NCBI GenBank assembly: GCA_041741515.1
Contig: JBGSJY010000012.1
Span: 9,256-73,255 of the forward strand
Length of the DNA: 64,000 nt
Direction of reading: 5' to 3'
Origin: Pirellulales bacterium
GTDB lineage: Bacteria > Planctomycetota > Planctomycetia > Pirellulales > Lacipirellulaceae
Shown here: positions 1 through 8,590 of the stretch, one piece after another
Position numbering within the stretch: position 1 is the first letter of the stretch
Layout: each line of letters begins with the position of its first letter
Notes under the pieces: model-generated
Databases searched by the model: none
What the model saw: only the letters and a program-made list of their open reading frames with translations
Told to the model about the DNA's origin: nothing
Made by a program: the position numbers and the translations under genes

Positions 1-3
1 AAG

Positions 4-1407
4 ATGTACCTGGAGGACGAGAAGGCCTACGCCAACCACCTCAAGAACTTCGGCCACCCCTCGGAGTTCGGCTACAAAGACGTGCTCAACCAGTGGCGGA
101 CGCCCGACTTCAACGCCGCCGAGACGATGAAGCGCTTCCGCAATGCCGGCTTCCGTTACGCGAACATCATGGGCGTGCACCATGACAACTTCGACCTCTG
201 GGACTCGAAGCACCAGCCGTGGAACTCGGTGAACGTCGGGCCTCGCCGCGATATCGTTGGCGAGTGGGTGGCCGCGGCGAAGGCCGAAGGGATCCGCTAC
301 GGCATCTCCTTCCACCACGAGTACACTTGGTGGTGGTGGCAGCCCGCGTTCGGTGCGGATACCCGCGGACCCCTCGCCGGGGTTCCCTATGACGGAGTGC
401 TCACTGCCGCCGACGGCAAGGGGACGTGGTGGGAGGGCCTCGATCCGTCCCGCCTCTACGGCCGTAAGCTCGAGGGTTATCCCGAGTACGAGCCAATCCA
501 TCTGATCGCTCATGGCCGTCAGGGAATCTTCAACAAGCACCTGCCGTACGCGCGCGAGTACGCCACGCAGTGGGCCCTACGGATCATGGATGCGGTAGAG
601 AAATACGACCCCGACTTCATCTACACGGACGGCAACTCGAGCCAGCCGTTCAGCGGCAAGAAGAGCGGCTCGGGCTACAAGTGCGACGCCGCCCAGCGCG
701 TGGTGGCCGACTTCTTCAACCGCACCGCCCAGCGCCGTGACGAGATCGACACGTTCGCCATCATCAAGTTCAGCAAGCCCATGCCAGGTCTCGCTTCGAC
801 GTCGGAGAGCCGGATCCCCAGCGGCAAGCAGGCCGACCGGCAATGGATGGGCGAGCTCGCGATTGGAGGTTGGTTCTACGAGCCGGGCTTCTATTACGAC
901 GCCGCTACGGTGGTCCGTGGATTGTTGGAGTTCGCGTCGCGCGACGGGAACTTCGCCGTTTCGATCCCGCTGACGCCCGAAGGCGGATTTGACCCCGGCG
1001 TAGCCGAGATGCTCGAAGGCCTCGGCCGCTGGACCAAGACCAACGGCGAAGGGATCTACGGATCGATGGCCTGGGAGGCGTCGCGCGAGGGAGACCGTAG
1101 CCTGCCGCCGGGCGGGCTTGGCAAGAAGCAGGCCGATTATCAGTTCACCGCCGAGGACCTCCGCTATACCGAGGGCAAGGACGGTTCGCTCTACGTGTGG
1201 TGCATGACGGTGCCGCCGGCCGGCGCCAAGCTGCGGGCCGCCTCGATGGGCGGCGCCGCAGGTCTGCTGAAGGCCGACCCGCAGCGCATCGAAATGCTGG
1301 GCTCCGACGCGGCCGTCCAGTGGCGCCGCGACGACGAGGCGCTGTGGATCACGTGCCCCGACACGACCCAGTCGGAGTATGCCCTCGGCTTCAAGCTCAC
1401 GCGGTGA
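4..1407 (+). CDS. alpha-L-fucosidase, GH29 (5' end probably outside window)
   Basis: HHDNFDLWDS, WNSVNVGPRRDIVGEW, YDPDFIYTDG and NGEGIYGS motifs; frame is open at the window edge. Confidence 0.9.
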   Translation: MYLEDEKAYANHLKNFGHPSEFGYKDVLNQWRTPDFNAAETMKRFRNAGFRYANIMGVHHDNFDLWDSKHQPWNSVNVGPRRDIVGEWVAAAKAEGIRYGISFHHEYTWWWWQPAFGADTRGPLAGVPYDGVLTAADGKGTWWEGLDPSRLYGRKLEGYPEYEPIHLIAHGRQGIFNKHLPYAREYATQWALRIMDAVEKYDPDFIYTDGNSSQPFSGKKSGSGYKCDAAQRVVADFFNRTAQRRDEIDTFAIIKFSKPMPGLASTSESRIPSGKQADRQWMGELAIGGWFYEPGFYYDAATVVRGLLEFASRDGNFAVSIPLTPEGGFDPGVAEMLEGLGRWTKTNGEGIYGSMAWEASREGDRSLPPGGLGKKQADYQFTAEDLRYTEGKDGSLYVWCMTVPPAGAKLRAASMGGAAGLLKADPQRIEMLGSDAAVQWRRDDEALWITCPDTTQSEYALGFKLTR

Positions 1408-1458
1408 GCGGCGGCCATCGCTCCGCTCCTGGTCGTCACGGCTTCGGCGCTCCCGCGC

Positions 1459-1505
1459 AAAAAACCGCGTCACTTCTCCCGGCTGGCTGGGAGAAGCGAC
1501 GCGGT
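1459..1505 (-). terminator. intrinsic terminator between convergent genes
   Basis: 17-bp stem ACCGCGTCACTTCTCCC (1464-1480) / GGGAGAAGCGACGCGGT (1489-1505); A6 at 1459-1464 gives the U-tract on the minus strand. Confidence 0.75.
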
Positions 1506-1529
1506 GTTGTTAGCTACTGGATGAGCGAT

Positions 1530-2420
1530 TCAGCGGGCCGTCCGACGGCGTGGCCGGCCAACCATCGCGACGCCCAGCAGCGCCAGAACCGCGGCGGTCG
1601 GTTCGGGGATCGCGTTGACGCCGACATCGGCGAGCGTGGTGCCGAGGCGGATCTCGTCGATTGCGAAGTCGGCGTAGAGCCCCTGCGCGTTCGAGTTGCC
1701 GGAGAAGATGCGGACGCGACCGAACAGATAGTCGTGGTTGTTGCCTTCCGCTTGCGTCAGCTCAACGTCCGGGGCGCCCAAGGGGCCGTCGAGGCTCGGG
1801 TTGATCCACATCCGGGCTTCGTCGGTCGATACGCCGGGGCCCTCGCCGTCGATGTCGTCCTGCACGACGAACTCCATCAGCACGAACGCCTGATTGGTGA
1901 TCGGCTCGGCTGATTCTTCGAGCAGCGCTCCCGATCCGTCGGAGAACAAGGCCCAATTGTAGAGCTGGTTGGGAGCGGCGGTGGTCGCCTTGCCGGCGCT
2001 GAGCCGCTCGTCGCCGCTCGTGCCGAAGCCCTTGTGCAGTTGGAAACTGCTGGCCCGCACGGTGTTGTCGTCGAGCGTGCCGTGTGGCGAGAGCCGCTGG
2101 CCGATAAAGCTAACGTAGTAGGTCCCGGCGCCGTGCTCGGCGGCGAAGTCCCGGTAGGCGGAGAGCGATCCACCCGAGCCGCTGATCAACGCGGAGTTGC
2201 CGGTCGTGGCGAGCGAGCCATAGCTGAGGCTGCCCGGAACAACGGAGCCCGCCGTCCAAGCGCCGCCCCATCCGGAGCCGCCATTCTGGCCGGAGAGGCT
2301 GCCTTCGGCGTAGTCAAAGCCCTCGTAGGCGAGCAGTTCGGCCCGGGCGTTCCCTGACACGGCCAGCGCCGCCGCGATCGCCAAGGCGCCCAGCTGAAAC
2401 GGATTGGTGCAAGAGGTCAT
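1530..2420 (-). CDS. secreted PEP-CTERM protein (paralog of the N-terminal half of 3428-5452)
   Basis: ATG 2420 with GGAG RBS; signal peptide ending ARA; C-terminal IPEPT-hydrophobic-RPRRRTAR. Confidence 0.9.
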   Translation of the reverse strand: MTSCTNPFQLGALAIAAALAVSGNARAELLAYEGFDYAEGSLSGQNGGSGWGGAWTAGSVVPGSLSYGSLATTGNSALISGSGGSLSAYRDFAAEHGAGTYYVSFIGQRLSPHGTLDDNTVRASSFQLHKGFGTSGDERLSAGKATTAAPNQLYNWALFSDGSGALLEESAEPITNQAFVLMEFVVQDDIDGEGPGVSTDEARMWINPSLDGPLGAPDVELTQAEGNNHDYLFGRVRIFSGNSNAQGLYADFAIDEIRLGTTLADVGVNAIPEPTAAVLALLGVAMVGRPRRRTAR

Positions 2421-3427
2421 TCGTTGCCATCTCCATGAGACGAGGTCGCTGCTCTGCGGCGCCGAAGCTCTCAGGCCCTTGCTGAGAGCAAGCCGCGACA
2501 AGCAGCAAAGTAGAAAAGAATCGAAGTAGCGTGTCGATTGGATGAGCGATCTGCCGGATCGACTCCGCTGATCGGCAGACGACGTCAGTTGGGAGGTTAA
2601 CTACCGAGTAAGTCGATCGTCGACAGGAAAACGGCGAGGTTTTGATATTTCTGACGTACTTTGCAATTTCACACTTGCCGTGAGGGCGATCGGATAAGCG
2701 AATTGCAAAGAGCGTCTGCGGGTTTGCGTTTTACGTCTCGTTCCAATGCGGAGCTCCGCCACCGTCGGCACGCTCCCCCAGCTAAGGCACTATTGCGATC
2801 GACGAGGTCGAGAAGTACGGCCGCTGCAACCTAGCAAGCGCGCGTGCAGATGTGGATGAGGTCGAATCCCGACGAGCGAGATGCGACGGAAGGGCGGCGT
2901 AGGCTCGCTCGGTACCGCAACGGCGGCGGCTCGGTCGCCCCGGTTCGGGAAGCTCGCCTCGAGCGAGGGCCGGCGTCGGCCGTGCTGCCGGAGTGCTGCG
3001 CTAGCGTCGAGTGAGGTGGTCGCTATTGCACCACTTTGCCCCGAGCCGTACGGGCGGCATCACCCACTAACGCACGCGCTTCGCTAATCAAGAGTCGTTT
3101 TGCAATCGGGGTCGGTGTGCGAGCCGTCGGTATCAGTTTCAATGGGGACCTGAATCCTACCACTTCTCAAACACTATCTAGTCGCTCACGAGGTTGCCCT
3201 CGGAGAGATCGGTTCCAAGCCCGTCGGATCCCCCGACAGGCTTCCCTCCAATCTCCCGTGGTTTCTGACTTTTTATGTCGGTCTGCTTTGGCAGAGGCGT
3301 GCTGATTTCGGCCCTACGTCGCTTGCGGCGAGGCCTTCGCGGTACGCGGGTCGGCGATGAGGCATCACGCCGGCGCCCCTTTTGATGTTCGTGCATGATT
3401 AACCCCGTTGGGGCGGAGATTGATTCG

Positions 3428-5452
3428 ATGAGATACGCATCGTCCATGGTTGCGCTGGCAGCCTGCCTAGTCCTTTCGTCGGCCCTTTCATCAACGGCGC
3501 GGAGCGAGGTGCTCGCGTACGAGGGCTTCGATTACCCCCTGGGCTCGCTGGCCGGCGCCAGTGGCGGCTACGGATGGGAGGGCGCCTGGGGAGTTTCGAA
3601 TGACGTCGTCGTGGTCGCGGGCAGCCTCGGCTACAGCGACGGCGTCAGAAATCTGCCCACCGTCGGCGGGCATGTGCTGGTGGGCGGCGCCGCCGGAACC
3701 GCAACGGCGATGCGTTCGTTGGTGTCCGATTTGACGCTTACGCCCGGCGAGTACTGGATGAGTTTCGTCGGCCGCCGCGAGCAGCCCCACCCCGATACGC
3801 CCAACAATTACGCCCGCTCAGCAGCGTTCCAGACGCAGTACATCGGCTCGTCGACGGTCGAGCAGTTCAGTGTCGGCAAGGTGACGACCGGCGTGGCCGG
3901 CGCGGTCACCCAGACTTGGGATCTGTACAGCATCCAGGTCAATCCCGGCAGCATCACGAGCACGGGCGTCGATCAATCAACGCAGGTGATGGCTCTGATG
4001 CAGGTGACGATCGTCGGCGGTAACGACACTGCTGATGACGACACCGTCAACCTCTGGATCAATCCAAGCCTCGACGAGAACGCCCCGCTCGGCACGCCCG
4101 ACGCCGTCAATGCGGGCTTTGACGACTATCTGTTCGACAGTATCCGGCTCTTCGCCGGCGGAACGACCGCCGACGGCCTCTATGCCCAGATCTCGCTGGA
4201 CGAGATCCGCGTCGCGACGACCCGCAAGGACGCGTTGACGGGCACGATCGTCTTGGGGGACACCAACGGCGACGGCGTCATCACGGCGGCCGACCTCACG
4301 CCCATTCGGACCAACTACCGACAAAACGTGCAGTTCCGCAGCCAGGGAGACCTGGACGGTGACGGCTCGGTCACGTTTGCCGACTTCCGTCAATTCAAGG
4401 ACGCGCTGCTCGGCGAGGGTTTGTCGCTTGCAGGGATGGATTTGACGTTCCTCAGCGTGCCGGAGCCCAACTCGGTCACGCTGGGGTGCTTGGCCGTCGG
4501 CTTGGCGACGATGCTCCGCCGCCGACGCGTCGCCTGCGCGGTAGCGGTCGGCCTTCTGGCGACGCTGGCGCCAAACAACGCGTCGGCTGCGATCACCGCG
4601 ATCGGCGATCCCGAAACGGGTTATGGAGTGGATCCGGCCGTGTTCACGGTCGATCCGTTCGCCGCCGCCGCCAGAGCCAATCGCGGCATCGCCAATACGC
4701 GGAAGCTGCGTCAGACATTCAAGAACCCGACCGACATCAATGTCGGTGAGATCGTCATCTCGTTCGACGTTACCGGCGGCGCCACCGCAGGCAGCGCCAA
4801 CGACACCGGGCTTGCGTTACGGATCTTCGAGGTGGCCGACACGCTCGCCTCGAGCTGGCTCCCGTTGGGTCTTCCGATCAAGGAGATCATTCTTCCACCC
4901 GGCCAGATGCCCGCCGCCAATATGATGCTCAGCTTCAACCTGACCGACGGCGACATCTTCACGCTCCCGGCCCGCTTTACCGGCACAGAAGGGTACGGCA
5001 TCGAGATTTCGACCCCGCTTGCGCAAAGCTCTGACGGCAACCCAGGGGTTATCTTCCATACCAACGACTCGGCTACCGACTCCTACCCCGATGGCCGGTA
5101 CTACATCGAGAGCGGCAACGCCAGTAATTCCTACCGCGATGTCGGCTTGTCGTTGATCGCGACCAGCGCCCAGGCCTGCCTGCTTGGCGACGTCAACTGT
5201 GACGGGACCATCGATGCCGAGAACGACCTGGCGACGATCGCCGCCAACTTCCGGCAAACGGTATCGGGTCGTGAATTCGGCGACCTGACTTCCAACGGGT
5301 TCGTCGACTTCGACGACTTCGATCAATGGAAAACCAACTATTCGGGCTCGCTAGCGAACGTCGATCTCTCCTTCTTGAGCGTTCCTGAACCGACCACGAT
5401 CGGCCTCTCCGTGTTTGCGGCGATGGTCGTCCTTGCTCGTCGACGCCGCTAG
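3428..5452 (+). CDS. double PEP-CTERM protein (two secreted modules, each ending in dockerin-like EF-hand pair plus VPEP sorting signal)
   Basis: ATG 3428 with GGAG RBS; internal LSVPEPNSVTLGCLAVGLATMLRRRR followed by VACAVAVGLLATLAPNNASA; terminal LSVPEPTTIGLSVFAAMVVLARRRR. Confidence 0.9.
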   Translation: MRYASSMVALAACLVLSSALSSTARSEVLAYEGFDYPLGSLAGASGGYGWEGAWGVSNDVVVVAGSLGYSDGVRNLPTVGGHVLVGGAAGTATAMRSLVSDLTLTPGEYWMSFVGRREQPHPDTPNNYARSAAFQTQYIGSSTVEQFSVGKVTTGVAGAVTQTWDLYSIQVNPGSITSTGVDQSTQVMALMQVTIVGGNDTADDDTVNLWINPSLDENAPLGTPDAVNAGFDDYLFDSIRLFAGGTTADGLYAQISLDEIRVATTRKDALTGTIVLGDTNGDGVITAADLTPIRTNYRQNVQFRSQGDLDGDGSVTFADFRQFKDALLGEGLSLAGMDLTFLSVPEPNSVTLGCLAVGLATMLRRRRVACAVAVGLLATLAPNNASAAITAIGDPETGYGVDPAVFTVDPFAAAARANRGIANTRKLRQTFKNPTDINVGEIVISFDVTGGATAGSANDTGLALRIFEVADTLASSWLPLGLPIKEIILPPGQMPAANMMLSFNLTDGDIFTLPARFTGTEGYGIEISTPLAQSSDGNPGVIFHTNDSATDSYPDGRYYIESGNASNSYRDVGLSLIATSAQACLLGDVNCDGTIDAENDLATIAANFRQTVSGREFGDLTSNGFVDFDDFDQWKTNYSGSLANVDLSFLSVPEPTTIGLSVFAAMVVLARRRR

Positions 5453-5528
5453 GGCGTCGGCTTCAAACTCCAAGACGGCAGTCAATCCTTGGCTCCTCGC
5501 GGTAATCATCTCCAGACGGCAGCTTCAG

Positions 5529-7439
5529 ATGAAAGTCATGATCCGCATAAATTGCTTCTCGATCCGCCGCCAGCTCTTGGTGGGTTGCTCCCTGGCCTCG
5601 GCCTTGCTCGTACTTGCGGGCGTGGCCAGCGCCCAGGTGAACTATGAGTTCCAGCCGCTCCCGACGGCGCCCGAGTCGGCACGGTTGTGGACGGATAGCG
5701 CGAACTGGCTGGACGCCAACTTAGGGAACAGCTTCGTCCCGAACGTCTTCTTCAATGAGCGGGCCCTCATCAACAACGGCGCGACGGCCGTTCTGACGGT
5801 CAACAGCCCGAACGATCCTAATTCGGACGCGTCGGTCGTGACGCCTGGCGCCGTTTCGATCGGCAGTGGCGGGCTCGACATCCGCAGCGGCGGCGGCCTG
5901 TTCGTCAGCGCTGGGAACGGGGCTTCGGGTGCGTTCACCCTCGGCGGCGGCGGTACCGGCACGCTGCTGGTGAACCCGGGTGGCGAGCTCTCGGTAGCCT
6001 CTTCGTTGAATGTCGGCGGCAACTCAGCGAACACGATCACCGTCGGCGGCCCGACCGGGGCGACCGCCAAGCTGACCGCTAACTCCGCCTTGCTATCGGG
6101 AACGACGCACCTCTACCCGAACGCCGACGTCAACATTGGCGCGGGGGTGCAGTTTGTGAACTCTTCGGTCTACCAGGTTGAAATCGGTGGGCTGTCGTCT
6201 TTCGGCGCCATCAACGCTGGCGGGCCTGTCTCGACGGCGGGAACTCTGCAGCTGAACTTCTCGGGCTTCACCCCGACGGCGGGTCAGTCGTGGGACATCC
6301 TCGAGGGCTCGTCGGTCGCGGGGAACTTTGCGAGCGTCTCGAGCAACGCCGCGCTCGACTACAACGAGACGGTCGTCGTCTCTCGCGCCGATCTCGGCGC
6401 CGGCCGATTCGCCGTCCGCGCCGCGATCGAGGAAGTGCTCGTTCTCGAAGTGAATCGCAACACGGGCGTCGCGACGATGACGCATCCCGGCAGCTCGACT
6501 ATCTCGCTCGACGGATACTTCATCGGCTCTGCGGCCGGTTCGCTCCGCGCGGCCGATGCGTCGTGGAACAGTTTTAACGAGAGCGGACAGCTCGGCAACG
6601 ACTGGATCGAGACCGCCCAAACGGTCAACAACATCGGCGAGCTCAAGATCGGCGCCGACGCGACGTTCGGCTCGTCGGTGAACCTCGGCCCAATCTACGA
6701 CGCGCTCGCCGGCAGCTTTGGCGCGTCGGGAGAGGACCTGGTGTTCAACTACCGACGCTCCTCGGACGGCGTCCAGTTCCCGGGCGTGATCCGCTACACA
6801 GGAGACCTCGTCAACTCGTTGGTGCTCCAGGTCGACCCGAACGGCTCGGGCGACGCGTTCCTCCGCAACACGTCCGGCACGACCGTCGAGATTGACGCGT
6901 ACGAGGTGCTCTCTAGCGCGGGGCGACTCAACCCCAGCGGCTGGAACAGCCTCGACGACCAGAACGGCGCCGGGGACGTCTGGCTCGAGGCGGGTGGCGT
7001 TGGTCCTGGCTTGCTCGCCGAGTTCGACTCCGAGGGGTACACGACGATCGCCGCGGGCTCGTCGCTCAACCTGGGTCCGCTATTCGCCGGTGGCGCTCAG
7101 GACCTGGCGTTCAACTTCCTGCTGCGTGGCGACGCCGAGAGCACCAACGGCGTGGTGATCTACGACCAGTACGTACCGGGGGCCGGCCTGCCCGGTGACT
7201 TCAACAACGACGGCTTCGTCAACGCCGGCGACTACACGGTCTGGCGTGACAACGTCGGCGCGGCGAGCCTCCCCAACGACAACAACCTTGGCGTCGTGGG
7301 ACCGGCTCACTACCAGTTGTGGCGCGACCACTACGGATCGACTAGCAGCAGTGCTGCGGCGGCGATCCCGGAGCCCACGGCCGTCGCGATCGCCTTGGCG
7401 GCCCTAACGATCGCCTGCGGCGCGCGGCGATCGGCCTGA
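5529..7439 (+). CDS. secreted PEP-CTERM protein with Gly-rich beta region, two internal repeats and dockerin-like motif
   Basis: signal peptide ending ASA; repeats LVLEVNRNTG..WNSF..WIE..DLVFNY / LVLQVDPNG..WNSL..WLE..DLAFNF; GDFNNDGFVNAGDYTVWRD; IPEPT tail. Confidence 0.88.
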   Translation: MKVMIRINCFSIRRQLLVGCSLASALLVLAGVASAQVNYEFQPLPTAPESARLWTDSANWLDANLGNSFVPNVFFNERALINNGATAVLTVNSPNDPNSDASVVTPGAVSIGSGGLDIRSGGGLFVSAGNGASGAFTLGGGGTGTLLVNPGGELSVASSLNVGGNSANTITVGGPTGATAKLTANSALLSGTTHLYPNADVNIGAGVQFVNSSVYQVEIGGLSSFGAINAGGPVSTAGTLQLNFSGFTPTAGQSWDILEGSSVAGNFASVSSNAALDYNETVVVSRADLGAGRFAVRAAIEEVLVLEVNRNTGVATMTHPGSSTISLDGYFIGSAAGSLRAADASWNSFNESGQLGNDWIETAQTVNNIGELKIGADATFGSSVNLGPIYDALAGSFGASGEDLVFNYRRSSDGVQFPGVIRYTGDLVNSLVLQVDPNGSGDAFLRNTSGTTVEIDAYEVLSSAGRLNPSGWNSLDDQNGAGDVWLEAGGVGPGLLAEFDSEGYTTIAAGSSLNLGPLFAGGAQDLAFNFLLRGDAESTNGVVIYDQYVPGAGLPGDFNNDGFVNAGDYTVWRDNVGAASLPNDNNLGVVGPAHYQLWRDHYGSTSSSAAAAIPEPTAVAIALAALTIACGARRSA

Positions 7440-7492
7440 GCCGGCGCCGGCCCGTTGGCCCCGTCGACATCCGATACTAGGAGGAACGAGAG

Positions 7493-8509
7493 ATGATGGA
7501 ATTGAGCAAGCCCAAATCGGATGGAAAGGCCGGGGGTTTCACGCTGGTCGAGTTGCTGGTGGTGATCGCCATCATCGGTATCCTCGTCGCGCTGCTGCTG
7601 CCGGCGGTGCAGGCGGCGCGCGAGAGCGCGCGGCGGTCGATGTGCCTGAACAACCTCAAGCAGTTGGGGCTGGCGACGCACATGTATCACGACACGACCA
7701 AGGAGCTCCCTCCCAGCCGGATGTGGGATGGCGGCTTCACTTGGGCCGGTGTGGTGCTCCCTTACATCGAAGAGGCCACGATCCGCGACAACGCGGACTT
7801 CACCAAGAGCTTTGGCAGCCAACCCGACCTCGTCAAACTCACGCCGATTTCGACCTTCCTCTGCCCGTCACGCACGCACGATCAGCCCACCAACTATCTC
7901 CGCACCGAGGTGATCCCCGACATCGTCACTTCGACAGGAGGCGCCGTCAAAGGCGGCGGGACGGTCCGCGGCGTCCGCGGCGATTACGCCTGTATCTCGA
8001 GCACTTTTCGCTCGGGTAGCGGTGGATTCGACCATGTGTTTGATGGCGCGATCGTGCTGCCAAAGCTGGACGCCGGGAGCCGATTCACATCACGTACGAC
8101 CCTCGCCAAAATCACGGACGGCACGTCCAACACGTTTCTGATCGGCGAGAACTCCTACTGGATGGCGGCCCGCGCTTCGATCTATGACGGCGGGGACAAC
8201 CCGGGCGCCATCTTGGGCCTGGGAAGTCTCGACCGCATCAAGGCCCAGTTGCCGAGCGACGGCCGTGGGGTGAACTTCACTAGCCGCGAAGGTGGCAGCA
8301 TCGCGCAGTCCGAGCGGGAGTACCCGGGCCACGGCTGCGACTCCGGCGCAGGATGCAATGTCTGGTTCGGTGGTCCTCATACGAGCGTCATCAATGTCAC
8401 GCTCGTCGACGGCAGCAGCCGAGCCGTCAAGAAAGACGTGGCCTTGGAAGTCATCGAGCAATTCGTAACGCGCGCCGGTGGCGAAGTGGCTTCTCTTGAC
8501 GAGCTCTGA
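7493..8509 (+). CDS. DUF1559 / prepilin-type N-terminal cleavage-methylation domain protein
   Basis: [30 protein letters not shown]; ITDGTSNT; H-X9-DG motif ([12 protein letters not shown]); AGGAGG RBS. Confidence 0.95.
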   Translation: MMELSKPKSDGKAGGFTLVELLVVIAIIGILVALLLPAVQAARESARRSMCLNNLKQLGLATHMYHDTTKELPPSRMWDGGFTWAGVVLPYIEEATIRDNADFTKSFGSQPDLVKLTPISTFLCPSRTHDQPTNYLRTEVIPDIVTSTGGAVKGGGTVRGVRGDYACISSTFRSGSGGFDHVFDGAIVLPKLDAGSRFTSRTTLAKITDGTSNTFLIGENSYWMAARASIYDGGDNPGAILGLGSLDRIKAQLPSDGRGVNFTSREGGSIAQSEREYPGHGCDSGAGCNVWFGGPHTSVINVTLVDGSSRAVKKDVALEVIEQFVTRAGGEVASLDEL

Positions 8510-8590
8510 TCGGCGGCCGGCATCGTGAACGGTAGGCCTCGTCGCGAACGAGAGACGGATCTCTCAATCTCTGCACCTTGTTGACACCCC

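Noticed and set aside
2780-3035. Sigma-54 promoters at GGCAC..TTGC-like sites
   Set aside because: GG-to-GC spacing is not the required 10 nt.
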